A stretch of DNA of 64,000 nt from positions 1,792,001 to 1,856,000 of the forward strand of contig CAVSHF010000003.1 in NCBI GenBank assembly GCA_963727805.1. Reading direction: 5' to 3'. This document shows positions 54,628 to 64,000 of this stretch, one piece after another (position 1 is the first letter of the stretch; every line of letters starts with the position of its first letter). The position numbers and the translations under genes were made by a program. The notes below the pieces were generated by a model. That model saw only the letters and a program-made list of their open reading frames with translations, was not told the DNA's origin and ran no database searches. Source of the DNA: an uncultured Nitrospiraceae bacterium. GTDB lineage: Bacteria; Nitrospirota; Thermodesulfovibrionia; Thermodesulfovibrionales; Dissulfurispiraceae.

Positions 54628-54768
54628 TTAGCCGGCCAAACGGGTCCTTTTCTTTGCCCTTCTGTTTTTCAAGACCCTTCTGCCGGCCCTGGTGCTCATT
54701 CGCGTCAGGAAACCGTGTGTCCTCTTCCGTCTCAAACAATGCGGACGATATGTAGTATATGTGCCCAT
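54628..54768 (-). CDS. rpmH: 50S ribosomal protein L34
   Basis: Not in ORF track (46 aa): [53 protein letters not shown]. Confidence 0.95.
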   Translation of the reverse strand: MGTYTTYRPHCLRRKRTHGFLTRMSTRAGRRVLKNRRAKKRTRLAG

Positions 54769-54891
54769 TTTGTCCTCCGAAACAATAATTTCCAGAAACG
54801 AAATTATACTTCCTTCTGACTGGCAAAGTCAATTGTACGCGATGCGTGTCGACAGGATGAAAAGGTCTGCGTAGAACACTTGCTTCGTCGA

Positions 54892-56013
54892 TCACGGTTT
54901 CCAGAACTCTTCAAACTTGCCGTTTCTGGTTATCCAGACAATATAGGGCGCCTCGGAAACATCCCCTTTCTCGTTGAACATTATCTTCCCGAGAGCTGTC
55001 GGAAATTCCTTTGCCCTTATTTTGGCTATCACCGCCTTGGTATCAGTCATTCCCGCGTCTTTCACTGCATCGAGGAGAATGTTGACAGCCACATAGGCAT
55101 AAATCGAATAAGGCCCCAGATCGCCATATTTCTTCATGTATTTCTCGATGAAACCAGCAGCAGCCGTAATATGTGCGGGATCGGGACTGAAGGTAAGGTA
55201 CGTGCCCTCGGCTGCTTTATTGCCAGCTATCTCAATAAATTTCTGATCGATCGTCCCATCTCCGCTCATGAAAGGAACCTTCATGCTTATCTCTCTCGCC
55301 TCTTTTACGAGAAGTCCCGCATCGGCATAGATACCGCCGTAATAGATGAGCTGCGGATCCTTCTGCTTCATCGAGGTAAGGACTGTTTTGAAGTCCTTAT
55401 CTCCCCGCGTAATGCCGCCGTAATAAACAACTTCGATACCTTCTCCCAAAGCATCCTTAAAGATATCGGCGAGTCCTTGCCCATATGTCGTTTTGTCATG
55501 GAGGACAGCCACCTTTTTGAGCTTGAGTTTCTCTCTGACAAAGCGAGCCGCCACTCTTCCCTGTTGGTTATCTGTACCGCACACCCGGAAAACACCCTTG
55601 TAGCCACGTTCGGTCAGAAGAGGATTTGTCGAAGCCGGGGTTATCATGGGCGTACCAGCGCGTTCGTATACATCAGAGGCGGGAATCGAGCAGCTCGAAT
55701 TAAAATGGCCAATAATGCCGATGGCTCCCTCATTGACGATTTTATTTGCAATGGCCACGGCCTGCTTGGGGTCCGATTGATCATCTTCAATGACTGCTTC
55801 AACCTTTTTCCCTATTACCCCGCCTAGAGCATTCCACTCTTCAATTGCTATTGAAGCCCCTTGCCTGAAATCAGTACCCATCTTCGCATCCGGACCGGTC
55901 ATCGGCCCCGCAATACCAATTTTAATGACCTTTTCCTTTTTCTCACATCCAGCGATTACAACAACTGCGAGGAGGGCCACAACAAAGACGTTAAAAAATC
56001 GTGAAGTGAGCAT
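54892..56013 (-). CDS. Branched-chain amino acid ABC transporter substrate-binding lipoprotein (LivK/LivJ-like)
   Basis: Lipobox [37 protein letters not shown]. Confidence 0.92.
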   Translation of the reverse strand: MLTSRFFNVFVVALLAVVVIAGCEKKEKVIKIGIAGPMTGPDAKMGTDFRQGASIAIEEWNALGGVIGKKVEAVIEDDQSDPKQAVAIANKIVNEGAIGIIGHFNSSCSIPASDVYERAGTPMITPASTNPLLTERGYKGVFRVCGTDNQQGRVAARFVREKLKLKKVAVLHDKTTYGQGLADIFKDALGEGIEVVYYGGITRGDKDFKTVLTSMKQKDPQLIYYGGIYADAGLLVKEAREISMKVPFMSGDGTIDQKFIEIAGNKAAEGTYLTFSPDPAHITAAAGFIEKYMKKYGDLGPYSIYAYVAVNILLDAVKDAGMTDTKAVIAKIRAKEFPTALGKIMFNEKGDVSEAPYIVWITRNGKFEEFWKP

Positions 56014-56134
56014 GTTCGGTCTTCTCCTTAGTTAGTTTTTATTAATAGCACCGTCGCAAGACACCCGTATATTTTCACCGACCTTTCCCCTATTGTCAAG
56101 ATTATTCCTCTTTCGCCGATATATATAGAAGGAA

Positions 56135-56163
56135 TTGACAATATAAAGGGATTACGCTATTGT
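56135..56163 (+). promoter_or_regulatory. sigma70 promoter, probably leaderless pilB
   Basis: TTGACA-17nt-TATTGT, 5 nt before ATG 56169; no SD. Confidence 0.6.
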
Positions 56164-56168
56164 AAGAT

Positions 56169-58067
56169 ATGGGAATTGTTGGGGCATCTTCGTTAGGCGA
56201 TTTACTTCTACAGTCCAAATTGATCTCTGAGGAACAGCTTCTCGAAGCCCTAGCCATCCAGAAGCGGGAACGTCAGAAACTAAGCACCGTCCTCCTGAAA
56301 CTAAACTTCATCAGCGAAGAAAGCCTTACGATGATTCTGAGCAAACAGTATGGGGTTCCTCCCATCAACCTTGCCGCTACTACCATCGATAAAATGGCGT
56401 TAAAGATAGTACCTTATGACACGGCTAAGAGATGCCAGCTCATCCCTCTGACATACGGCGGAGGAGAACTGAAAATTGCAATCGCCGATCCTTCGAACAA
56501 TTTTGCTATCGACCATATCAAATTCCTAACAGGCATGAAACTCCGGCTCTATGTGGCTTCTGAGTCGGCCGTCATGAATGCCATCGAAGCAAATTATGCG
56601 ACCAGAGACAAGTCCGATGGCATTACACGATCTCCTGTGGCACGACAGGCACCCGGTCAGACTCAAAATCAGGCAACCGGCCAAGTCCAGAGTAAACCCT
56701 CAGTCGAAGAGAAACTTACTGAAGAGCGTGCATTCATCCAGGAGATGAATTACGTAACGGAAGAAAAGTTCAATGACGGGAAAAATCTCTCCGAAGAAAA
56801 GTCTTTTATAGAGGAGGACCTGTCAAAGGTCATCGGAAGTGCCCTCGACGAGATTACCGTGATCGAGGAAGAAGAAGACACGATGGGGAAAATCGATGTC
56901 GACGCCCCCATCATCAAGCTAGTCAACAATATCCTGTTTAATTCCCTCAAGTCTAGAGCAAGCGATATCCATATCGAGCCTGCCGAGGAGATGCTCAGGG
57001 TGCGCTATCGGGTTGACGGCGTTCTCCATTCAGGGTTGCGCCTCCCCACCAAGATCAAGAATGCCATCATCTCTAGGGTCAAGATCATGGCCCACCTCGA
57101 CATTTCTGAAAGAAGGCTCCCCCAGGACGGAAGAATAAAGCTGAAGTTTGGCCAGAAAAAAGAGGTCGATTTCAGAGTGTCAACACTGCCGACCCTTTAT
57201 GGCGAAAAGGTGGTCCTTAGGATCCTCGACAAATCGAGTCTTCAGCTTGATCTGACAAAGCTCGGCTTCGATCAGAAACCGCTGGATGACTTTAACGAAG
57301 CCATTGAAAAACCTTACGGCATGATACTGGTAACCGGCCCTACCGGTAGCGGCAAGACAACCACCCTGTATTCCGCATTACAAAAAATCAATAAACCAGG
57401 TGTCAACATCATGACCGCTGAAGACCCCGTCGAGTACAACTTCTTCGGCATCAACCAGGTGCAAATGAAGGAAGAGATTGGACTCACCTTTTCTGCGGCC
57501 CTCAGATCCTTTCTGAGGCAGGATCCCGACATCATCATGGTCGGTGAAATCAGAGACTTCGAGACCGCTGAGATAGCCGTTAAAGCTGCACTGACAGGAC
57601 ATATGGTCATGAGTACCGTCCACACCAATGATGCGCCGAGCACGATAACGAGGCTCGTCAACATGGGGATCGAGCCGTTTCTCGTCTCGTCATCAGTTGT
57701 CCTCATTGTTGCGCAGAGGCTTGCTAGAAAAATCTGCCCAAAGTGCAAAGAAGAGCACACTTTGCCCGATACAGCTCTCTTTAAAATCGGGTTCCCCGCT
57801 GACGAGATTGGGAAATTCACCTGCTACCGGGGCGCGGGCTGCGCGAACTGCAACAACACCGGATACCGCGGAAGGATTGCCCTCTATGAAGTAATGCCTG
57901 TCAAGGACGAACTTAAAGAGTTGATTCTGCAGGGCGCATCGGGTCTCGATATCAAGCGGGAAGCGGTACGTCTCGGTATGGCAACCCTCCGCCAGAGCGG
58001 TGTCGGGAAAGTAATGGAAGGTGTGACCTCCATCGAGGAGATCTTGCGTGTCTCTTTCGAAGATTGA
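56169..58067 (+). CDS. pilB: Type IV pilus assembly ATPase PilB
   Basis: ASDIHIEP, RLPQDGR, GPTGSGKTTT, TAEDPVE, LRQDPD, AALTGH, Zn CPKC..CANC. Confidence 0.95.
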   Translation: MGIVGASSLGDLLLQSKLISEEQLLEALAIQKRERQKLSTVLLKLNFISEESLTMILSKQYGVPPINLAATTIDKMALKIVPYDTAKRCQLIPLTYGGGELKIAIADPSNNFAIDHIKFLTGMKLRLYVASESAVMNAIEANYATRDKSDGITRSPVARQAPGQTQNQATGQVQSKPSVEEKLTEERAFIQEMNYVTEEKFNDGKNLSEEKSFIEEDLSKVIGSALDEITVIEEEEDTMGKIDVDAPIIKLVNNILFNSLKSRASDIHIEPAEEMLRVRYRVDGVLHSGLRLPTKIKNAIISRVKIMAHLDISERRLPQDGRIKLKFGQKKEVDFRVSTLPTLYGEKVVLRILDKSSLQLDLTKLGFDQKPLDDFNEAIEKPYGMILVTGPTGSGKTTTLYSALQKINKPGVNIMTAEDPVEYNFFGINQVQMKEEIGLTFSAALRSFLRQDPDIIMVGEIRDFETAEIAVKAALTGHMVMSTVHTNDAPSTITRLVNMGIEPFLVSSSVVLIVAQRLARKICPKCKEEHTLPDTALFKIGFPADEIGKFTCYRGAGCANCNNTGYRGRIALYEVMPVKDELKELILQGASGLDIKREAVRLGMATLRQSGVGKVMEGVTSIEEILRVSFED

Positions 58068-58095
58068 TGATCAAGCAGTTCTCCCGCCTTACTCA

Positions 58096-58124
58096 TTGAC
58101 AAACTTGAGAGATTATTGTAGCAT
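58096..58124 (+). promoter_or_regulatory. sigma70 promoter for the MCP
   Basis: TTGACA-17nt-TAGCAT. Confidence 0.55.
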
Positions 58125-58195
58125 GTGTCAGAGTGTTTCGAATCGCCGTTTTCTTTTCCTTAAATTAATATTACTAATTATCACGGGAGAGGATA

Positions 58196-58922
58196 TGTGG
58201 TTCCGCGAAAGCATCGTCAAATCTTGGGGGCATAAAATATCTGCAATTCGAGAGGGGGCCTTATGACTCTGAATTACAAGAACTGGAAAATTTCAACCAA
58301 AATTATAAGTATGTCTGTTTTCACCATCCTTGCGGCAATCCTTGGGATCGGCGTATATTTCCTGCCCTCAATGGAATCGAAAATAATGGAGGAAAAGAGG
58401 GTTGCCACTCAGAGCGTTGTTGACGTCGCGTTTACTCTCATTACCGAATATGACGCGCGTGCGCAGAAGGGAGAATTCAGTACCGATGAAGCCCAAAGAA
58501 GAGCAATCGCCAGGATCAAAGAACTTCGTTACAAAAAAGAAGATTATTTCTGGATCAACAACATGCATCCCACTATGATTATGCATCCGACTCAATCGCA
58601 GCTGGACGGCAAGGATCTGAGCGACTATAAAGACCCTAACGGGAAAAAGCTCTTTATCGACATGGTTAACATATGCAAGGAAAAGGGTGAAGGCTTCGTG
58701 GACTACCAGTGGCCCAAGCCTGGGGGAACTAAGCCAGTGCCGAAGATTTCCTTTGTGAAACTCTATCAGCCCTGGGGATGGGTGATCGGCAGCGGTATTT
58801 ATGTGGATGATATTGCGCCGCAGATGGCCCATGCAAGAAACATAGTTCTGATTGCAACTGCTCTTGGTACTATTGTTCTAATTTTTCTCAACTTTCTGTG
58901 GTACCGCAAAAGCATCGTCAAA
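58196..58922 (+). repeat. Imperfect 26-nt direct repeat (58196-58221 and 58897-58922)
   Basis: TGTGGTTCCGCGAAAGCATCGTCAAA vs TGTGGTACCGCAAAAGCATCGTCAAA, 24/26 identical. Confidence 0.85.
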
Positions 58923-60071
58923 CCCCTTCTGGCAATAGGGAACGTCATGGGCAACGTAAAAAAAGGAAATTATACCGATAGAATAACGATCGACTCGCGG
59001 GATGAACTATACGACATCGCCGAAACTTTTAACGAGACGATGGACAAGATCACAGTGCTGATTCAAACCGATGACGAGAGGAAGAAGATGCAGGAAGATA
59101 TCGTCCGGTTCCTCAACATACTGAGTGCCGCATCCGATGGTGATCTTTCCCAGAAAGCTGAGGTGACACCCGATATCTTTGGTTCCCTTGCCGATGCCTT
59201 CAACCTCATGGTAGAGGGGCTCTCCGACCTGATCACGGAAGTAAAAAAATCAGCCGAAGAAGCGAACAGCCGTAGTATTACACTGGCCGAGATTATCCGG
59301 AAGCTGGAAGCAGGTGCCGATATGCAGAAGATTGAAGTTAAAACTGCATCCGACGCCGTCATTATCTCCGCCGATTCGGCCACTCAAATCGCCGATAAAA
59401 CGAAGGTTGCACAACAGATATCTGAAGATGCATTCACGGCTATCAATAGAGGAGGCAAAATTGTCGCTGACTCGATTAACGGGATGCAGCTTATTCGTGT
59501 CACCGTCCAAGCGATTAACAAGAGAATGAAACTCCTGTCAGAAAAAATGATGGAGATTGGTATCATTTCTCAGTTAATATCTGAAATAGCCAATCGGACC
59601 AACCTGCTTGCCCTCAATGCGTCGATAGAAGCCGCGCGGGCTGGAGAACAGGGGAAGGGATTCGTTATTATCGCTGACGAAATCAGGGGATTGGCTGAAA
59701 GGTCTGGGAAGTCTACGAAACAGATTAGCGAAATCATCGGTGCCATCCAGAACGAAGCAGCCACCGTGACAAAGCATCTCGAAGAGGAGACCAATTATGT
59801 CGAGATGGAGACCAATATGGCGAGCGATACGGGCACGATCTTCGCACAGATCGAAACCATAATCAAGAATATTGGGTCGATAACCGCTGAGATCGATGCC
59901 GCGACCGGCGATCAGAAGGCCATTACCTCAAAGGTAGCCATTTCAATGGAGGAGGTCCAGCGCATTTCTCAGGATGTGTTAAATGTCGTCAGCGACCTCA
60001 CCGAAATCTCGACAGCTCTTTCGGATTCATCGAACTTCCTGATAACCTCGACTGAACGATTCAAGCTTTAA
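58263..60071 (+). CDS. Methyl-accepting chemotaxis protein (sCache_2-HAMP-HAMP-MA), PilJ-like
   Basis: [53 protein letters not shown]. Confidence 0.95.
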   Translation: MTLNYKNWKISTKIISMSVFTILAAILGIGVYFLPSMESKIMEEKRVATQSVVDVAFTLITEYDARAQKGEFSTDEAQRRAIARIKELRYKKEDYFWINNMHPTMIMHPTQSQLDGKDLSDYKDPNGKKLFIDMVNICKEKGEGFVDYQWPKPGGTKPVPKISFVKLYQPWGWVIGSGIYVDDIAPQMAHARNIVLIATALGTIVLIFLNFLWYRKSIVKPLLAIGNVMGNVKKGNYTDRITIDSRDELYDIAETFNETMDKITVLIQTDDERKKMQEDIVRFLNILSAASDGDLSQKAEVTPDIFGSLADAFNLMVEGLSDLITEVKKSAEEANSRSITLAEIIRKLEAGADMQKIEVKTASDAVIISADSATQIADKTKVAQQISEDAFTAINRGGKIVADSINGMQLIRVTVQAINKRMKLLSEKMMEIGIISQLISEIANRTNLLALNASIEAARAGEQGKGFVIIADEIRGLAERSGKSTKQISEIIGAIQNEAATVTKHLEEETNYVEMETNMASDTGTIFAQIETIIKNIGSITAEIDAATGDQKAITSKVAISMEEVQRISQDVLNVVSDLTEISTALSDSSNFLITSTERFKL

Positions 60072-60088
60072 ATGAGTCGGTAAATTCG

Positions 60089-60130
60089 CCGGGTATGCTA
60101 CTCTCTGTAAACACAGAGAGACATGCCCGG
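60089..60130. terminator. Hairpin between convergent MCP and cheA genes
   Basis: CCGGGTATG-CTA-CTCTCTG-TAAACA-CAGAGAG-A-CATGCCCGG. Confidence 0.6.
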
Positions 60131-60314
60131 AAATATTTTGCAGCACCTCGCCGATCATCTCGCTTAATGGTATTCGTGTTCTAAACTCCAAAGTCAAAAT
60201 ACAAAGTACAAACTGATAAATTCACGAATGTTAAGTTTAAACTGTAAAGTTTTCGTTGCCGATAGACTTCGTTACTTTTGGTTGTCGCAATTTGAGAAGT
60301 GGATTATTGATATA

Positions 60315-62747
60315 TCAAGCGGGCAGCAGTGCATATTTCTTGAGGCTTGCTACAAGGGACCTTTCATCGAAAGGCTTGACAAGATAATCATCAGCGCCGA
60401 GTTCGAGAGCCTTCTCCCTGTGTTTCCCGGTACTGCGTGATGTAAGAACGATGATCGGAATGGCTTTCAGCGTATCAGAAGCTTTTATCCTGCTGACAAG
60501 CTCATAGCCATGCATGACCGGCATTTCGAGGTCAGTGATAATTAGATCCACTTCGGTCTCTTCGAGCATCTTTAATGCCTCGTTTCCATTCCCTGCTGAG
60601 TATACCTTCAAATTCCTGGCCGTAAGGAACGTACTCAGGTATTTCCTGACACTCAATGAATCATCAACGATAAGAACTCTCCTGCCTTCAAAACTTTCTA
60701 TTTCAGGAGGCGTTATCAGAAAAGTCCTCGTTTCTTCCTCGAATATCTTGATGGGGTTCAACACCAGCCGTACTAGTCCGTCGCCTGATATGGTAATGCC
60801 GGAGTATATGGAAAGCCCTTCGAGAAACCGGTTAACAGGCTTGATGATCGCCTCTTCCTGCCCCAGGACATCGTCTACAATTAGACCAACCCGCTTGTTC
60901 GAAATACTGCAAACTAGAACAAAATTGTCCCTTTTGCCTTCGTGGCCGTTTCCGGCGATATAAAACACATCGGAGAGTCTCTTGGCCTGTATCGGAGTGC
61001 CACGGTGATAGACCATATCCAGTGATTCCTTACGATCACCGATTTTGTCATTTACCGGTTCATAGTGCACAACTTCTTCTATAAGGCTCGTCGGCATGAC
61101 AAATTCCATTGCCCCGTAAACGAAAACAATCACATTCGTTATGGCCAGTGAAGAAGGCACCCTGATCCTGAAGGTCGTCCCCTTTCCCACCTCGGTGCTC
61201 AATTCGAGAGTACCATTAATATTAGATATCTGACTGCGGACGGCGTTCATGCCCACGCCCCTGCCCGATATCATGTCGGTAGCACCTGCAGTGGAAAAAC
61301 CAGGCAAGAAGATCAATGAGAGTGTCTCCTCCCGAGAAAGCGTGGCTTCGGGTTTCACAAGACCCTGCTTTACCGCCGCAGCAAAAACCTTGTTGGTGTC
61401 AATACCAGCTCCATCGTCCGCGATTTCTATGATAATGTTGATGCCCTCGCGTCGCGCGGACAGTGAGATAACCCCCTCCCTGCGCTTTCCGCTCTTGGTC
61501 CTTTGTTCGCCTATTTCTATACCGTGGCCTATACAGTTCCTGATCATATGCATGAGGGGATCAAAAAGGTTTTCAAAAATTACCCTGTCAATCTTGGTGC
61601 TCTGACCGACGATCTGCAAGTCTACTCTCTTATCATGCTCTTTTGCCATGTCCTTGATCGGCCTTACAAAACGCTGAAACAGCCTGCCAATATCGATCAT
61701 CCTTGACTCAGACAGGTCAGACCTGAGGAACTTGACGATCTTATCGAGGGACTTGATATCGTCCTGAAAAAGTCCAAAAAACTGCATCAACTCCTTCAGC
61801 GCCTCGGTGATGTCTTCGGTCAGTTCTTGGAGTTTTCTCGAAAAGAGATTCTGTTCATCGTACCGGTCGAATTCGAGGTCTCCGAACTCAGAAAAGAGTG
61901 GGTCAATATATTTAGTATTGTCGGTAATCGTGTATGCATGCCGGTCAGCGAAGGCGTTAACCTCTTCGAGCAGTCTCTTGCCGGCAAAGAGTACCTCTTC
62001 TGAAACCTCGCCGGCCTCCTTGGTTTTTTTCAGCATAGCGTTCTTCATGATCGTAACTTCGCTGATGAGGTTGAACATATCTTCGATCTTCTTCAGATCA
62101 ATTCTGACAAAATTCCCAAAGAAATACTCGACATCGTCTTTTCTCTTTGCAACGGCTTCCTGAGCCTTCACACGGACATCAGGCGGGACTTTCGCACCCA
62201 CGGGTAGCATGGGCACCACAGGCTCGACCTTAACCGCTTCTGCCGGGGCGACAGGCTGCTCAATTGCTTCTTTAATTGTCGCAGGAGGACTGAGGGTGGA
62301 TTGCGCTGCTTCTTCCATTAAATTGAAACTCTCGAAAGCGTCTACCGGCCCTCCTGCCTGGGCCATCACCTCCGCAACCTGCCTGGTGAACTTCTTTTCG
62401 AGATCCCCATTCTCCTCTCTGCCTTCCGATATATCTCTCACGATATGGGCAACAGCATCGAGCATGGAGAGAAGCAAATCGATCACATCCTTCTTTACCG
62501 CAATATGCTTGTCTTTAAACGTCTCAAGAATGTCTTCCATCGAATGGGCTATCGAGCTTGTAACGGTGAGTCTCACAATAGCGGCAGCACCCTTTAGCGT
62601 ATGAGCAGCTCTAAAAAGCTCCTCAAGAAGCGCGGTCCTGTCAGCTGACGTTTCGAGTTCGGGGATGCCGTGACTCAACACATTGAGATAATCCTCGGCT
62701 TCGGCAAGAAAGTACTCGAGAAGCTCAGATCTGTCAGTTTTTCCCAT
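60315..62747 (-). CDS. cheA: Hybrid CheA-receiver kinase (ChpA-like)
   Basis: Hpt ELFRAAHTLKG, DLEFDRYDE, HMIRNCIGHG, DDGAGI, GFST..SGRGVGM, CheW domain, C-terminal REC; start ATG 62747. Confidence 0.93.
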   Translation of the reverse strand: MGKTDRSELLEYFLAEAEDYLNVLSHGIPELETSADRTALLEELFRAAHTLKGAAAIVRLTVTSSIAHSMEDILETFKDKHIAVKKDVIDLLLSMLDAVAHIVRDISEGREENGDLEKKFTRQVAEVMAQAGGPVDAFESFNLMEEAAQSTLSPPATIKEAIEQPVAPAEAVKVEPVVPMLPVGAKVPPDVRVKAQEAVAKRKDDVEYFFGNFVRIDLKKIEDMFNLISEVTIMKNAMLKKTKEAGEVSEEVLFAGKRLLEEVNAFADRHAYTITDNTKYIDPLFSEFGDLEFDRYDEQNLFSRKLQELTEDITEALKELMQFFGLFQDDIKSLDKIVKFLRSDLSESRMIDIGRLFQRFVRPIKDMAKEHDKRVDLQIVGQSTKIDRVIFENLFDPLMHMIRNCIGHGIEIGEQRTKSGKRREGVISLSARREGINIIIEIADDGAGIDTNKVFAAAVKQGLVKPEATLSREETLSLIFLPGFSTAGATDMISGRGVGMNAVRSQISNINGTLELSTEVGKGTTFRIRVPSSLAITNVIVFVYGAMEFVMPTSLIEEVVHYEPVNDKIGDRKESLDMVYHRGTPIQAKRLSDVFYIAGNGHEGKRDNFVLVCSISNKRVGLIVDDVLGQEEAIIKPVNRFLEGLSIYSGITISGDGLVRLVLNPIKIFEEETRTFLITPPEIESFEGRRVLIVDDSLSVRKYLSTFLTARNLKVYSAGNGNEALKMLEETEVDLIITDLEMPVMHGYELVSRIKASDTLKAIPIIVLTSRSTGKHREKALELGADDYLVKPFDERSLVASLKKYALLPA

Positions 62748-63144
62748 AACCCATGGTTTTAATTCGGTAGGTCTCGAAAAAACTCTTGATATCGATGAGG
62801 TCATCGACAACGATATCGTCATCGAAGGTCACGAAAAAAGGAGATGTCTCGGAGAGAAAACCTATATTCTCATTCTCCACATCGATGATCAGCAGTTTGG
62901 GGCTTGCATAGGAAGGCTTTTCTATAGGATAGATTTTTGATAGATCAACCGCTGGGATAATTTTTCCGCGCAAGGGGAGAGCGCCGTAAACATAATCCGG
63001 TGCCCCAGGAATTGGGAATATCCTTGCAATATCGACAACTTCCCGAACGTCTTCAGCAGCCAGCAGGAACTCCCTTTCTCCCACTCCAAAAACGCAGTAT
63101 GTCTTTTCACCTGACGCGCCGTCGCGCATTTCGTCTTTTCTCAT
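62734..63144 (-). CDS. cheW: CheW-like coupling protein
   Basis: VREVV, PIPGAPDYVYG..LRGKIIPAVDL. Confidence 0.88.
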   Translation of the reverse strand: MRKDEMRDGASGEKTYCVFGVGEREFLLAAEDVREVVDIARIFPIPGAPDYVYGALPLRGKIIPAVDLSKIYPIEKPSYASPKLLIIDVENENIGFLSETSPFFVTFDDDIVVDDLIDIKSFFETYRIKTMGYGKN

Positions 63145-63506
63145 CGGTTCAGAAATTTGTTCACTGCAAAGAGCAGCTCAGTTGGTTCGTACGGTTTAGT
63201 GAGGTAGAAATCAGCACCCTGTTGCCGCCCCCACATCTTGTCGCTCTCCTGGTTTTTTGATGTTACCATGATGACCGGCGTCGCTTTCAGTTTCTCATCT
63301 TTCTTTATCCACCGACACAATTGAAACCCGTTCTTTTTAGGCATTACCACGTCGAGGATGATGATGTCGAAAGGCTGGCTCTTAATTTTTTGTTCCGCCT
63401 CCTCGCCATCCTTTGCAAGTATGAGTTCGTGGCCTTTCTCGGTCAGTATAGATTCAATAAACTTCATATCCGTTGTACTATCCTCTGCAATTAGAATCTT
63501 CGCCAT
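63141..63506 (-). CDS. Single-domain response regulator (PilH-like)
   Basis: ILIAEDS, ILDVVMPKKNGFQLCR, MVTSK..ESDKMWG..QGA..LTKP. Confidence 0.92.
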   Translation of the reverse strand: MAKILIAEDSTTDMKFIESILTEKGHELILAKDGEEAEQKIKSQPFDIIILDVVMPKKNGFQLCRWIKKDEKLKATPVIMVTSKNQESDKMWGRQQGADFYLTKPYEPTELLFAVNKFLNR

Positions 63507-64000
63507 TAAAATCCTCCTTTATAACTGAGGATCCCGACTTGAGCCAGCCTGTGAAGTATCTTTTTGGCCTCCGCCATTCCCAATCCGCTCAGCTCGGCAT
63601 TATCGACCACATTTCTCATACCGTCGACGAGGGAAAAAACCTTCTGTTCCTGATCATCAAGACCGAAATCCTGTATATCCCCAACCTTTTTCACAAAAAC
63701 GAGATCGTTATTTATACCGACGCTTTCCGCGATGCCACTCTCTTTTCTCCTCATGCTGTGAAGCAGCAGTGCGACAACATTTATTCTCTGGGGCATGTCG
63801 ATGAGAGCAGCAGGGACTTCCATCTTTTCGAAGAAAAATCCACCGTCCTTAAGATCTGCCACCATGGAGAGCGTTTCAGACATGCGCTCACTCAGACCTT
63901 CTCCCAATTCAGCCAAGGAGCTAAAAGTCTTGCGGTCCTTGCTTGCCAGAGCATATACAACCAATCCCTTCTCAAAATATATCTCTACGCTGCCGGTCGG
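63506..64000 (-). CDS. DUF4388 (PatA-N-like) protein, 5'-truncated by the window edge
   Basis: GSVEIYFEKGMVVYA, GGFFFE, LLHSMRRKES, C-terminal wHTH VFSLVDG; in the chemosensory cluster. Confidence 0.65.
   Translation of the reverse strand, partial: PTGSVEIYFEKGLVVYALASKDRKTFSSLAELGEGLSERMSETLSMVADLKDGGFFFEKMEVPAALIDMPQRINVVALLLHSMRRKESGIAESVGINNDLVFVKKVGDIQDFGLDDQEQKVFSLVDGMRNVVDNAELSGLGMAEAKKILHRLAQVGILSYKGGF

Overview
Ordinary bacterial chromosome segment, about 50% GC by eye with a more AT-rich stretch at about 10.2-14.8 kb. Gene content (Sec-containing Fdh-N, class II RNR, leuS-lptE-holA, rpmH-yidD-yidC-mnmE, PilB plus a Chp-type chemosensory cluster) suggests an anaerobic diderm such as Nitrospirota/Thermodesulfovibrionia or Desulfobacterota; this is inference only. 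I saw no CRISPR array, prophage, integrase or intact transposase. Main signals hidden from the ORF track: (1) two in-frame UGA/selenocysteine recodings, one in the Fdh alpha subunit and one in a secreted DsbA-like protein (UPHC motif); (2) the DsbA-like gene overlaps an atypical bCcP/MauG-superfamily diheme protein lacking the usual bridging Trp and heme-2 axial ligand, the best candidate for an undescribed system; (3) eroded hdrA/mvhD fossils upstream of fdh and a probable gltD fossil after gltB; (4) no rnpA between rpmH and yidD; (5) a CoA-Nudix next to an HD-CoaD fusion; (6) a 24/26-nt direct repeat bracketing the sensor module of an MCP; (7) an orphan CbbQ/NorQ-CbbO/NorD pair. All homology calls come from motif recognition by eye, not database searches.
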